Positions 9,397 through 18,664 are shown, numbered from the stretch's first letter. The stretch: 64,000 nucleotides of DNA from Klebsiella pneumoniae (GCA_945861635.1 CAMAWH010000015.1:36858-100857), one strand, 5' to 3'. Notes: generated by a model from the letters alone, not told the origin. Made by a program: numbers and translations.

Positions 9397-9443
9397 TTCT
9401 TGACAACTTCTTGACAATCCGAGGAGAGGATTGGTTCTATTAA
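9397..9443 (+). promoter_or_regulatory. tandem TTCTTGACAA repeats (two TTGACA -35-like boxes) upstream of the sigma factor
   Basis: TTCTTGACAA at 9397-9406 and 9408-9417, followed by AT-rich TTCTATTAA at 9435-9443. Confidence 0.45.
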
Positions 9444-9577
9444 GGACCGCTCGCAACCGCGAAACCTTCCCGATCTTCCCGCCCTCGTCCCGCTCGCCGG
9501 GGAATAACTCCTCCCTCCCGGCCATTACCGCCCCCAACCCGCGTCACCCCCCGACGCACTTCCCTCTCGGGTGTCCC

Positions 9578-10624
9578 ATGTCGCTTCGCATCCGCTCTTC
9601 CGCTTCCGATGGTGCTCGCCGCCGGTCCGAACGGCTCACCGCTGAAGAAGAGAAGGCCATCGCACGTGAAATCCGCAAGGCCGAGCAGGTCGCGCGTGAA
9701 AGTGTTGCCGGCATTGACGCCGCTGAAAACATCCTGCGCCGCCGTCCGGATCGTGCCGAGCGCACCCGCGCGGGCGCGGTCGATCGCCTCGAAGAAGCCG
9801 TTCGCGCCGTCGCCAAGACCGCTCGGAAGGATGACACGCTCCGCCCGTACGCTCGCCGCGCGCAGGGTGCGTGGCAGCAGGCCGAGGAGCTGCGTTGGCG
9901 CCTTGCGATGAGTGGGCGGCGTATTGCCCATGGTGAAGCACGCAAGCTGGCCGGTCCATTCATGGACGAAGAGGATCTGGTGCAGGAGGGCTACATCGGC
10001 TTGCTGCGCGCGGCCAAGCGCTTCGATCCGGACCGTGGCATCCGGTTCTCCACCTACGCCCGTTGGTGGGTTCGCGCGCAGATGACGCGCGCGATTGACC
10101 ACACCGGTCGCCCGGTCCGCCTGCCCGGGTGCGCGGTCGAGCAGACGCGCAACCTCCGAAAGGCCATGAAGCGCTTCGAGGCCGACGGCGTCGAGTACAA
10201 CGTGGCCGATCTCGCCGAAGAGGTGGGCATCGACAAGGAGCGCGCCGAGTTGCTGCTTTCGCAGGGCAACACGATTTCGCTGGAGCAGCCCGTCGATGAC
10301 GGCCCGCGTCCTCGCCCGCTTGAGCGGTTTTTGTCCGACGAGGACGCCGTCCAGCCCGACGAGGAGAGCATCCAGGTGCAGGAACTCACGCGCATGCACA
10401 AGGCCTTCCACGGCGTGCTGTCGGAGCGTCAGCGCTTCGTCCTCACCCGCCGCTACGGTCTTGAAGACGGAGAATTCCGCACCCTGTCGGAAGTCGGCAA
10501 AGAAATGGGCCTTTCACGTGAGCGCGTGCGTCAGATCGAGCGTGAAGCGCTGATCCGCCTTCGCGAGCAGAGCGGCATCCGTGACCTGCGCGGTCTGGTT
10601 CTCGGAGAGCCGGGAGAAGCGTAG
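9578..10624 (+). CDS. RNA polymerase sigma-70 factor, RpoD/RpoS-like without region 1.1
   Basis: DLVQEGYIGLLRAAKRFDPDRGIRFSTYARWWVR (region 2) and TLSEVGKEMGLSRERVRQIE (region 4). Confidence 0.92.
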   Translation: MSLRIRSSASDGARRRSERLTAEEEKAIAREIRKAEQVARESVAGIDAAENILRRRPDRAERTRAGAVDRLEEAVRAVAKTARKDDTLRPYARRAQGAWQQAEELRWRLAMSGRRIAHGEARKLAGPFMDEEDLVQEGYIGLLRAAKRFDPDRGIRFSTYARWWVRAQMTRAIDHTGRPVRLPGCAVEQTRNLRKAMKRFEADGVEYNVADLAEEVGIDKERAELLLSQGNTISLEQPVDDGPRPRPLERFLSDEDAVQPDEESIQVQELTRMHKAFHGVLSERQRFVLTRRYGLEDGEFRTLSEVGKEMGLSRERVRQIEREALIRLREQSGIRDLRGLVLGEPGEA

Positions 10625-10645
10625 GTTCGTCGCGGGAAGCATCCC

Positions 10646-11566
10646 GTGCGTGACAATCCCGTCCAGTTCGCCGTAGTCCGTGAGGATCCGGCGGTGGAGC
10701 TGGCGTTGTTGGCGCGCTATTCGGCGCCGCGGGTGCTGCTCGTGGGGAGCGGCGGCTGCACGGCGCTGACGATTGCGTCAGCGCTTCCGGATGCGGACAT
10801 CCTGCTCGTCGACATGAATCGTGCTCAGCTGGCGCTCGTCCGTCGGAAAGTGGAGGCGCTCGCAGCGGGCGTCACGGAGGGGGACTGGGCGTTGGACGAA
10901 GACGATGCTGCGGCCCTGGACGGCTGTGGGAACTTCGAATCGCTCTTCCGTGTGTTTCGGACCATCCTCCACGAGTTTGTGGCGAGTGACGCCGAAATTC
11001 TCGAGGTCGTGCGCGGAACGCGCGGTGTGACCGCGCTGACGGAGGCGTCGTACTGGCCGGTTGCGTTCGAAATGTGCTTCGCGGATGCGCCACTGGTCGC
11101 CATGTTCGGACCGGCCGCGGTGCAACACGCGCCGAAGGGGGCGTATCCAGCCTATTTTCAACGGGCGATCGGGGAAGGATTGTCGGCCGCCGACCGCGCC
11201 ACCAACCGTTTTCTGCACCAGTTCCTGCTCGGACGCACGTTGCCGGAGGCGCGCCCACCGTTCCTGACCTCGCCGCCCGCTGCCCCGTGCTTCGACTACC
11301 GGCAGAGTCGCGTTGAGGAGGTACCTGGCCTTGATCGGTTCGATCTCGTCAGCCTGTCCAACGTGATGGACTGGATGCCCGATGACGCGGCCGAGGCGCT
11401 TTGCCGTCACGCCGCCGCGCACATGCGCGTCGGAGCAACGGTGGTCTGGCGGCAGCTCTACAATCCGAAGGATTATCGTCCATTTTTCTCGGAATTTTCG
11501 TGGGAACGGACAGTGCCGGACCGATCTTTGTTCTATTCTTCGGTGCATGCCGGCAGGAAGCGCTGA
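10646..11566 (+). CDS. DUF3419 / BtaA-like SAM-dependent transferase
   Basis: N-terminal FAVVREDP.VE; LLVGSGGCTAL SAM-binding loop; VDMNRAQL; LSNVMDWM. Confidence 0.7.
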   Translation: MRDNPVQFAVVREDPAVELALLARYSAPRVLLVGSGGCTALTIASALPDADILLVDMNRAQLALVRRKVEALAAGVTEGDWALDEDDAAALDGCGNFESLFRVFRTILHEFVASDAEILEVVRGTRGVTALTEASYWPVAFEMCFADAPLVAMFGPAAVQHAPKGAYPAYFQRAIGEGLSAADRATNRFLHQFLLGRTLPEARPPFLTSPPAAPCFDYRQSRVEEVPGLDRFDLVSLSNVMDWMPDDAAEALCRHAAAHMRVGATVVWRQLYNPKDYRPFFSEFSWERTVPDRSLFYSSVHAGRKR

Positions 11567-11567
11567 G

Positions 11568-12260
11568 GTGGGGGCCGAATTGCACGAGACGATCGAAGGC
11601 GTTCTCGCGGACATGCGCTGGCGAGAGAATCCATATTTCACTGCGTTGGAGGCTGGTAGCTTCGACCGCAAGGATTTTGTCGAGACGCAGATTCAATTCT
11701 ATCAAGCTGTGGTGTTTTTCAGTCGGCCGATGGCGGCGTTGTGCGGCAAGATTCCTTCCTCGGAGCAGCGCATCGCCATCCTCCGGAACGTGTGGGAAGA
11801 GCACGGCGAGGGAGATGCGCGGATGGCGCACGGGGCAACGTTTCGGCTGCTTTTGCGACGCCTTGCCGACATAGAACCAATCGATATCGACCGCCGAACG
11901 CTTTGGCCGGAGGTTCGGGTATTCAACACCACGCTGGCCGGGGTCTGCGTGCTGGACGACTATGTCGTTGCGTGTGCGGCGATGGGGATGATCGAGCGGA
12001 GTTTCGCCGAAATCAGCGGCTGGATCGGCCGGGGAATCGTGGCGAATGGTTGGCTCACCCGCCAGGACCTGGTTCACTACGATTTTCATGAGCGCGTGGA
12101 CATCCGCCACGCCGACGACTTTTTTGCGGTGATCGAGCCGGAGTGGCCAGCGGCGCGGTACGACATTGAGCAGGGCCTCCGCTTGGGTGCATCCGTTTTC
12201 TCGGGGTTGTACCGGGGGCTGTGGGACGGTCGGGCGCGCCGCCTCGTGCGGGGCGAGTGA
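11568..12260 (+). CDS. heme-oxygenase-like diiron enzyme (CADD/PqqC/TenA superfamily)
   Basis: NVWEEHG....AH, GMIE and FHERVDIRH give the E-H-E-H-D-H dimetal ligand pattern. Confidence 0.8.
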   Translation: MGAELHETIEGVLADMRWRENPYFTALEAGSFDRKDFVETQIQFYQAVVFFSRPMAALCGKIPSSEQRIAILRNVWEEHGEGDARMAHGATFRLLLRRLADIEPIDIDRRTLWPEVRVFNTTLAGVCVLDDYVVACAAMGMIERSFAEISGWIGRGIVANGWLTRQDLVHYDFHERVDIRHADDFFAVIEPEWPAARYDIEQGLRLGASVFSGLYRGLWDGRARRLVRGE

Positions 12261-13058
12261 GTGCGCATTCTTGTCATGGACGCGACCAACCGACAGCGAT
12301 GGGTACCTGGAATCGTGGCGTTGGAGGCTGGTGCGTCGTATCCGCTGGGGTCCGACCGGTTCACCATCGACCATGGCGCTGATTACTTCGCGTTTTTCGA
12401 GCGGATGGGCGAGCTACGGTACTATCTCGCGGTAGAAGGAGAGGAAGTTCTTGCGGTTGGCTGCGGCATTTTGCGCCGCGAGCCCCGCGTCTGGTACCTG
12501 TGCGACGTGAAGGTGCGGGCCGACGCGCGTGGCCGGCACATACCCCTGTGGATGATGGATCACGGATTTCTCCCGAACTACCTGCGGTGTCAGCGCGGGT
12601 ATGCCGTGACGATGGACCCACCGACGGGAGAAAACCGCGTGGTGCGCCTGGCTATGCGCTTCCGGTGGCTGTCGGTGGGGGTCGGGCCGAAATTGCGCAT
12701 CTGGTCACTGACGGCAGCGGACGCCGCGCGGGTGTCTCCGGTGCTGGAACGACACCGGGGCGTCGTAAGGTGGAACTCGTTGGTAGGCGTGAAGGACCTT
12801 GTTCTGGCCTCGACCGGGAGGCCGATGGCGTTGTTGCATGCGGAGTTTGGGCCGGAGAGAGGCCCGGAGAGAGGGCCGGACCGAGGGCCGAAGCGTCTGC
12901 CGGTCGATGGTGCGGTTCACATGTTTTGTGCGCCGGACGGGGACGCGCTGACGAGCGAGCTCGCGGCCGCGGGGGTGTTGCCCTCGGCGTCCGCGTCGAT
13001 CATTCACCATCGGATGGGCGCGCAGGATTGGCGGTTTGTGAGGACGGATGAGATTTGA
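12261..13058 (+). CDS. GNAT-fold acyltransferase-like protein
   Basis: YPLG.DRF.IDHG.DYFAFFERMG; WYLCDVKVRADARGRH resembles the acyl-CoA-binding motif A; starts right after the previous stop. Confidence 0.6.
   Translation: MRILVMDATNRQRWVPGIVALEAGASYPLGSDRFTIDHGADYFAFFERMGELRYYLAVEGEEVLAVGCGILRREPRVWYLCDVKVRADARGRHIPLWMMDHGFLPNYLRCQRGYAVTMDPPTGENRVVRLAMRFRWLSVGVGPKLRIWSLTAADAARVSPVLERHRGVVRWNSLVGVKDLVLASTGRPMALLHAEFGPERGPERGPDRGPKRLPVDGAVHMFCAPDGDALTSELAAAGVLPSASASIIHHRMGAQDWRFVRTDEI
12849..12896 (+). repeat. in-frame 12-bp tandem repeat x4 (GPER/GPER/GPDR/GPKR)
   Basis: GGGCCGGAGAGA GGCCCGGAGAGA GGGCCGGACCGA GGGCCGAAGCGT. Confidence 0.8.
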
Positions 13059-13072
13059 GAGGCCACGCCCGC

Positions 13073-13930
13073 TCAACTCCCCAAACGCCGCACCCACCGA
13101 CTCACATCCACCATCAACCTGGTAAAACTCGGCGCAACGAACAATGTGTCCTGGTACCGCGTCGGGTCGAATGGCGTCTGGGCCATCGCCTCCAGATCCC
13201 AGTCCAACAACCGTGCGTGCGTCGCGTAGTCTGCAAGTTCCCCGCAGGAAGAAAGCAATCCCGCCCCGAACGCCCGCGTGCCGCTCCCCTCGGCGACGAC
13301 GCCGAATTCCATCGTGTACCAGTACACCCGGTCGAGCGCGCGCATCTCCGGTTCACCGGCAACCTCCGCGGCACGACCAAGCAGGCGATTCAGCTCTGCA
13401 ATTCCAGGGTGGACGAGTGTCGCGGCGTGACCGACCAACTCATGGACGACATCGGGCTCGGGTGTGTAGAAAGGCCGAGAATCATGGCGTATGTACTGGG
13501 TAGACAGAAAAACGCGCCGGCCCAGGTGCCGCATGAACGTCCGGGGCGTCACCAACCCCGCCACCGGCTCCATCCGAAAGCCCGCGACCGCCTCAAGCAC
13601 AGGATTCAACACCGACAGTTGAGGAATTCGACGTCGATCCAACGGCAAAACCGCCTGCAGCTCAAGGATCTCGCGGCAGACATGCGCCTCGTGCAGGCCG
13701 CCCAGCTTCGCCCACACGGACGCCCACACGCCGTGCTCCGCTTCGGTGTACGGCGCGTCGGGAATCTCCCCGCCACTGGCATAGTCGAGAGCGATTCGCG
13801 CAATGGCGTTACGCCGCCGCCGATAGGTATCGTCCCGGAAGCCGGGGTGGTCGGGGTCGAGCGGAACGAGATCCGCCGCGCCGCCGGCGTGCGGGGTCAG
13901 GATGTCACCGTCGGGCGCACCGACATCCAC
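13073..13930 (-). CDS. phhA: phenylalanine 4-monooxygenase (pterin-dependent aromatic amino acid hydroxylase)
   Basis: DHPGF.D..YR.RR, TQYIRH, YTPEPDVVHELVGH, YWYTMEFG and GAGLLSS motifs; GTG start estimated. Confidence 0.9.
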   Translation of the reverse strand: MDVGAPDGDILTPHAGGAADLVPLDPDHPGFRDDTYRRRRNAIARIALDYASGGEIPDAPYTEAEHGVWASVWAKLGGLHEAHVCREILELQAVLPLDRRRIPQLSVLNPVLEAVAGFRMEPVAGLVTPRTFMRHLGRRVFLSTQYIRHDSRPFYTPEPDVVHELVGHAATLVHPGIAELNRLLGRAAEVAGEPEMRALDRVYWYTMEFGVVAEGSGTRAFGAGLLSSCGELADYATHARLLDWDLEAMAQTPFDPTRYQDTLFVAPSFTRLMVDVSRWVRRLGS

Positions 13931-14904
13931 AGCGCAGCCAGAACGTCCACACCGTCGTGAAGCCGGTCGGCAGGCGGGCGCTGCATCTCCCCCGGATAGC
14001 ACAGCCGCGGTGGCGGCAGCGCGGGGTGGACAAGTCCGACGGAAACGGGGTCAAACCCGGGAAGATCCGTGGCGATGGTGCCGAGGTGCACGCGATACTG
14101 CCCGATTGCGGCAGCGACCTCTGCGACGTCATTGAACGGGTGGACGGTGATCAGGCGCGGAAGGGCGATGGGCCAGAACTGCACCGGTGGAAGGCGTAAA
14201 ACGCACCAATTCGAGGCCGAGCGCCGTTCTCCCACCGCCCGGGCGAGCGTCACCCGTGCGCGGAGGTTGGCCGCCTCCTCCGGAGTCACGGGGCCGCGCG
14301 GCAAGGATCCCTCCAGTTCGCCAAGTAGCGTCGCAAGAAGGTCAATGTCGGAGGTGCGCGCAAACACCGCAGCAGGCGACATGCAGCCGCGTCCATCGTA
14401 GAGGACGTGGTCCATCACCGTCGCCTTGCCGGGAGCGCTGACGATGCTGATGCCGAACTTGGGACCGAACGGGAGGTAGCGGACCCCAGGGGGGATACGT
14501 TGGCCGATGGCGTTGAGCGTTTCCGCGCGACCAAAGCCGAGGATTCCATCCGCCTCGCGCATCGCCAGACCCTCGGCCGCCAAATCGCCGCCCTCCCAGG
14601 TGCGTACTTCGACGCCCGGAATGGCCGTCGCGATGGCGTGCGCGATGGACTCTTGCCCCGTCGCCGGCTTCAGGAGCACGCGAACGCCCCGATGCGCCAG
14701 TTGGACGCACCATTCCACGGGCGCAGTGAACACGTTTCCGCTCGCGATGATCAGCACGGCGCGCGGTGGGGTTCCGGGGATGGACCGCGCCAACGCGTCG
14801 GGACCGATGCACGAGAGCGCCGCAAGCCACGCCGCCCGCGAGCCCGCCGACGACAGCCCGGTGGGCCAGTCGGCGGGGTCCAGCGCGCGGAGCCGTTCGA
14901 GCAT
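13897..14904 (-). CDS. LuxC-like acyl-CoA/acyl-protein reductase
   Basis: IIASGNVF, LLKP, FGRAET, FGPKFG and DGRGCMSP (catalytic Cys) motifs. Confidence 0.75.
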   Translation of the reverse strand: MLERLRALDPADWPTGLSSAGSRAAWLAALSCIGPDALARSIPGTPPRAVLIIASGNVFTAPVEWCVQLAHRGVRVLLKPATGQESIAHAIATAIPGVEVRTWEGGDLAAEGLAMREADGILGFGRAETLNAIGQRIPPGVRYLPFGPKFGISIVSAPGKATVMDHVLYDGRGCMSPAAVFARTSDIDLLATLLGELEGSLPRGPVTPEEAANLRARVTLARAVGERRSASNWCVLRLPPVQFWPIALPRLITVHPFNDVAEVAAAIGQYRVHLGTIATDLPGFDPVSVGLVHPALPPPRLCYPGEMQRPPADRLHDGVDVLAALWMSVRPTVTS

Positions 14905-14944
14905 GGCGGGCGTTTAACGCAGCGAGCCACGGCCGACGACGGAC

Positions 14945-15916
14945 CTACTGCGCGCGCGCCAACAGCTGTTCGGCGCGCAGGGAACATCCCCGCGCCTCCG
15001 CGCCGGCCAATCGTCCCGTGAGCGTTACCCATTCGCCGCACACGGTGCCGACATCCTGCGTCTCGATCGCGCAGACGCTGTCCACGTTGGCCAGATCGAG
15101 GAAGCGGAGCGCACCGACGCCGTCGATGGCCGCCCCCGATGCAGGGTCCACGGCCCACGCGCGCATCCATGGGGGCAGTCGGAACGCGCCGGGGATTTCT
15201 CCTGCGGCCACGGGTGCCGTCCATAGCTGAGAAGAAAGCTCCGTCATGCCGTACTCACCGCGTACTTGAGCGCCGGGGACTCTCGCGCCGAGGCTTCGGT
15301 AGAGCGTATCGCTGTCCAGACGGTGCACCCGCCCCTTGAACCCGCCCGTCACCATCACCAGCGTCCCCGTCGTCAGCCGGCCCGCGTTCGCCTCCGGTTC
15401 CGACGCCGATCCCTCCTGCCTCGCAAGCAGCGCGTCCATGGCAAAGGCCGTGCTCGCCAGAAAGCATGGGCTCGACAGAATGCGGCTCCATGCGTCGGCA
15501 TGCATACCTGCCTCATCCATACAATAGTCCGGCGATCCCACGAGGCGAACCATGTGATCCAGCGAGGATGCATCGTCACGACTGACGAGCGAGACCACGC
15601 GCTTTGGAAATCCGCGCATCTGCCGGGTGGCCCCGAGGTCGTACAGCGTCGTATCGCGCATGCGATGAGCACCGCGGCGTCCCTCGGTTGTGCCGCTCGT
15701 AAGGAAGCAGATCGGGGCGTCCGGGAACGGACACAGGTCGAGGTCCTTGAACAACGACACCGGCACGGCGGGGATTTCGACCGGCCCACGCGGCCGCGCG
15801 TCGCCCGCAATCCGGGCGTAGACCGGGTTTGCGGCCCGCTGTTGCGCGAACAGCTCCAGCGCCAGTTGATCAAAGTCCCCAACACCCTTGACGAACGCTG
15901 CGATTTTCTCCTTCAC
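14945..15916 (-). CDS. LuxE-like acyl-protein synthetase
   Basis: FLTSGTT, TGGFKG, EYGMTELSSQ, DLAN.DS...IETQD and GR...AEARGCS motifs. Confidence 0.85.
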   Translation of the reverse strand: MKEKIAAFVKGVGDFDQLALELFAQQRAANPVYARIAGDARPRGPVEIPAVPVSLFKDLDLCPFPDAPICFLTSGTTEGRRGAHRMRDTTLYDLGATRQMRGFPKRVVSLVSRDDASSLDHMVRLVGSPDYCMDEAGMHADAWSRILSSPCFLASTAFAMDALLARQEGSASEPEANAGRLTTGTLVMVTGGFKGRVHRLDSDTLYRSLGARVPGAQVRGEYGMTELSSQLWTAPVAAGEIPGAFRLPPWMRAWAVDPASGAAIDGVGALRFLDLANVDSVCAIETQDVGTVCGEWVTLTGRLAGAEARGCSLRAEQLLARAQ

Positions 15917-17142
15917 GCCATGGCCTCGATGGCGCCGGCAAGCTGATCGCGCGTGATCGTGAGCGGCGGTGTGAACGCGACCACCTCCGCGTTTTCTCCC
16001 GCCGGAAGCGCAATGTAGCCGCGATCCAGCATTCTCCTGCATCTACCAAGCGAATCGTCGACCACCGCGCCGACCATCAGCCCGCGTCCAGTGACGCGGC
16101 GGACGCCGGGCAGGCGGTCCAATTCGCCACGGAGCCACTCCCCGTCCTCTCGGGCCTTCTGCAAAAGTCCGCCGAGCACGCGGAGAGATGCCAATGCCAT
16201 CGCGCATCCGACTGGATTGCCGAGAAAGGTCTGGGTGTGGATGGCCTGTCCGGTGGACGCGCCCCAGGCGTCCATGACCGAGGCGGTGCCGAGGCAGGCC
16301 GAAATGGGAAAACCTCCCCCGAGGGCCTTGCCTACGCACAACAGGTCCGGCCGCAGCTCCGAGGCCAACCATCCACCGGTTCTGCCGAGCCCGCTGAAAA
16401 TCTCGTCGTGAACCACGAGACATCCAGCGTCGCGCGCTTTGGCGTGCAGATTCAGCAACCACCCAGCGGGGGGCTCCCGCATGCCGCCGCGCCCCTGCAC
16501 GGGCTCCACGATGACGCATGCCATCTGCCGCAGATCGGGAAGTTCTCCGCCAAACTCCGTGAGGTCGGCATGTGCGCCGAGCATTGCCGCAAACGGGGCG
16601 CGAAACGGCGCCCGCTGGTACCCGAGCGCGGCGAGCGGCGCGCTCGCGAGCCCATGATACCCGCCTGAGAACGAGAGGATTCTCGTACGGCGCGTCGCGA
16701 TGATCGCCGACTTGATCGCCGCCTCCACGGCATCGCTGCCGGAGCTTCCCAGGATCACCCTCTCCATTCCTGTGATGTCGCACAAACGTTCCATCAGTTC
16801 GATGCGCCGGGGGTCGGCGAAAGCGTCGCCCATAGCGTGAGGAAGCGTCGCAAGCTGGCGCTGTCCTGCGGACACGATGGTCGGATTTCGATGCCCCGCA
16901 CTCGCGACGCCGAATCCCGCCGTGAGATCGACGAAAACGTTGCCGTCGACGTCCTTCACGTTCGCGCCGAGAGCCTCCGCCCAAACGATGGGGTCAGCGT
17001 CCGCCAGACCGAGAGAGGCTGCCCGGCGCGAGCGCCGCGACGTGATGGCGGGGCATTCGCGTAGCGCGAGTCGGTCCACCCAGGCCCGCGATCTTGGGCC
17101 CGGGATTGCGGTTGTCAGCCGTGGAAGGTCTGCGCCAGTCAC
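15913..17142 (-). CDS. class III PLP-dependent aminotransferase
   Basis: FVDLTAGFGV...GH, SGSDAVEAAIK, GGYHG, VEPVQGRGG, DEIFSGLGRTG and GKALGGGFP motifs; GTGA overlap with luxE. Confidence 0.9.
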   Translation of the reverse strand: MTGADLPRLTTAIPGPRSRAWVDRLALRECPAITSRRSRRAASLGLADADPIVWAEALGANVKDVDGNVFVDLTAGFGVASAGHRNPTIVSAGQRQLATLPHAMGDAFADPRRIELMERLCDITGMERVILGSSGSDAVEAAIKSAIIATRRTRILSFSGGYHGLASAPLAALGYQRAPFRAPFAAMLGAHADLTEFGGELPDLRQMACVIVEPVQGRGGMREPPAGWLLNLHAKARDAGCLVVHDEIFSGLGRTGGWLASELRPDLLCVGKALGGGFPISACLGTASVMDAWGASTGQAIHTQTFLGNPVGCAMALASLRVLGGLLQKAREDGEWLRGELDRLPGVRRVTGRGLMVGAVVDDSLGRCRRMLDRGYIALPAGENAEVVAFTPPLTITRDQLAGAIEAMA

Positions 17143-17209
17143 GCCCGCCGCTAACCCGTAGCTAGAGTTGGGGAAGCGCGGCGGCGCTCCCTCGGGTAGA
17201 GTCGGCGCG

Positions 17210-18664
17210 ATGTTCGCACTCCTCCTGTTCTGGCCGCTCGCGTGTTCGCCGCCCGAAGTGGTCACGATCGCCGGCCGTTCGGGGGCTGTCGAGGTGCGCC
17301 TCGTCAACCCCACGACGTGCTCAACCTGTGATCCGTTCGAAACGGTGGACACCCTCCGGATCGATGTCCTGAGGCATGGCGCCGTCGTCGCCAGTGATTC
17401 CTTCCGCTATCCGGAGGAAGATCCGGTATTGCCGGGTCTCGACGAGTACGGCGTTGTCCGCATTCAGTTGGTCGGCTTGTCGGCGGGCGTTGTCGTGAGC
17501 GCCGGACGCTCGGACGAGGTTTCGGTGGACCCGGAAGGCACGCTCTCCGTTCCCATCGTCTTTTTGCCGGTGAACCGAGACGTGCCGGTAACGGCAAAGA
17601 TGGCGTCGCACCGCTCGAACCACGTTGCGCTGCGGCTGCGCAACGGCACCGTCTTGATCGCCGGCGGTGCATCCGTGAAACGAGACGCCGCGTTTGCGAC
17701 GACCGAGGTCTACGACCCGGCATCGGGTACGTTCAGCGCAGGACCCGGGGAACTGCCGGGGAAGGTGGCGGAACCTCGCGTTGTGGTGCTGCCCGAAGGA
17801 GACACGATGTTCATCGGTGGCTACGCAATCGGCGCCGACACCTCCACGTCCGCGTCCACCGCCGTCAGCGTTTTCAGCGAGGAGGCCGGCACGATTACCG
17901 CCACCGGAAGTTTAGCTCAACCCCGTGCCGGTCACTGCGTCTCGCTGTTCCGTTCGCGCCAAGGCATCGTGTTTGGGGGAAACACCGACACGAATCAGGC
18001 GGACTTCTTCCGCAGTGACGCCGTCGGCGCCGCGTTCACGTTCAGCGGCGTGCCGATGCAGAATTTGGTCCAGGGAAATGTCACGGGCTGCGTCGCTCTG
18101 GCGGACGGTCGAACCTTCGTTCAGGGTTCGGATGCTGCAAGTACGGGAATCTGGAACTACACCGAGGAAACCGCTGGGCAGATCGACCCGGGCAATGCGT
18201 TCGAGCCGATCAACCCCGGCGCCCCCAAGGCGCGCTTTGTGGCCGGGGAGATCGTCGTGCCGTTGGCGGAAGGAAGCGCGTGGATCGCCGGTGGCGCGGA
18301 CACCACGACGGGTGAAGTGCTCAGCGTAGGCCGGGAATTTCGACCTGATTCCGCGGCGTTCGCGGACGCGGCCGGCCTCGCGCGCCCCGCATACGGCGCA
18401 AAGTGGACGCCGTGGATGGACGCTGGCCTTATTGCCGTGGGATGCGGCTGGCAGGATACCGCGCGCACGATTCCCACAGGGGGCATCGAATTGTTGGATC
18501 CGCTCGGGGTGGAAGTTGGCGTTACGATCGCCCTTGATCGGGGACGAAACGGATGTTCGATTACGACGCTCAACGACGGTTCCCTGCTGATCGCCGGCGG
18601 TTTCACGGACGGGGAGAAGAATAGCATCGACGCGGCCCTCGTGATTCCGTGGATAGAGGATTGA
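17210..18664 (+). CDS. Kelch-repeat lipoprotein
   Basis: PLAC lipobox; R..H....L.NG.VLIAGG and EVYDP Kelch repeats. Confidence 0.75.
   Translation: MFALLLFWPLACSPPEVVTIAGRSGAVEVRLVNPTTCSTCDPFETVDTLRIDVLRHGAVVASDSFRYPEEDPVLPGLDEYGVVRIQLVGLSAGVVVSAGRSDEVSVDPEGTLSVPIVFLPVNRDVPVTAKMASHRSNHVALRLRNGTVLIAGGASVKRDAAFATTEVYDPASGTFSAGPGELPGKVAEPRVVVLPEGDTMFIGGYAIGADTSTSASTAVSVFSEEAGTITATGSLAQPRAGHCVSLFRSRQGIVFGGNTDTNQADFFRSDAVGAAFTFSGVPMQNLVQGNVTGCVALADGRTFVQGSDAASTGIWNYTEETAGQIDPGNAFEPINPGAPKARFVAGEIVVPLAEGSAWIAGGADTTTGEVLSVGREFRPDSAAFADAAGLARPAYGAKWTPWMDAGLIAVGCGWQDTARTIPTGGIELLDPLGVEVGVTIALDRGRNGCSITTLNDGSLLIAGGFTDGEKNSIDAALVIPWIED

Noticed and set aside
11568-12260. PqqC or CADD-type pABA synthase assignment
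   Set aside because: No pqq or folate genes nearby; only superfamily-level metal ligands can be supported.
13897-15916. Bioluminescence (lux) operon
   Set aside because: No luxA, luxB or luxD in the window; LuxC/LuxE homologs are common in non-luminous bacteria.
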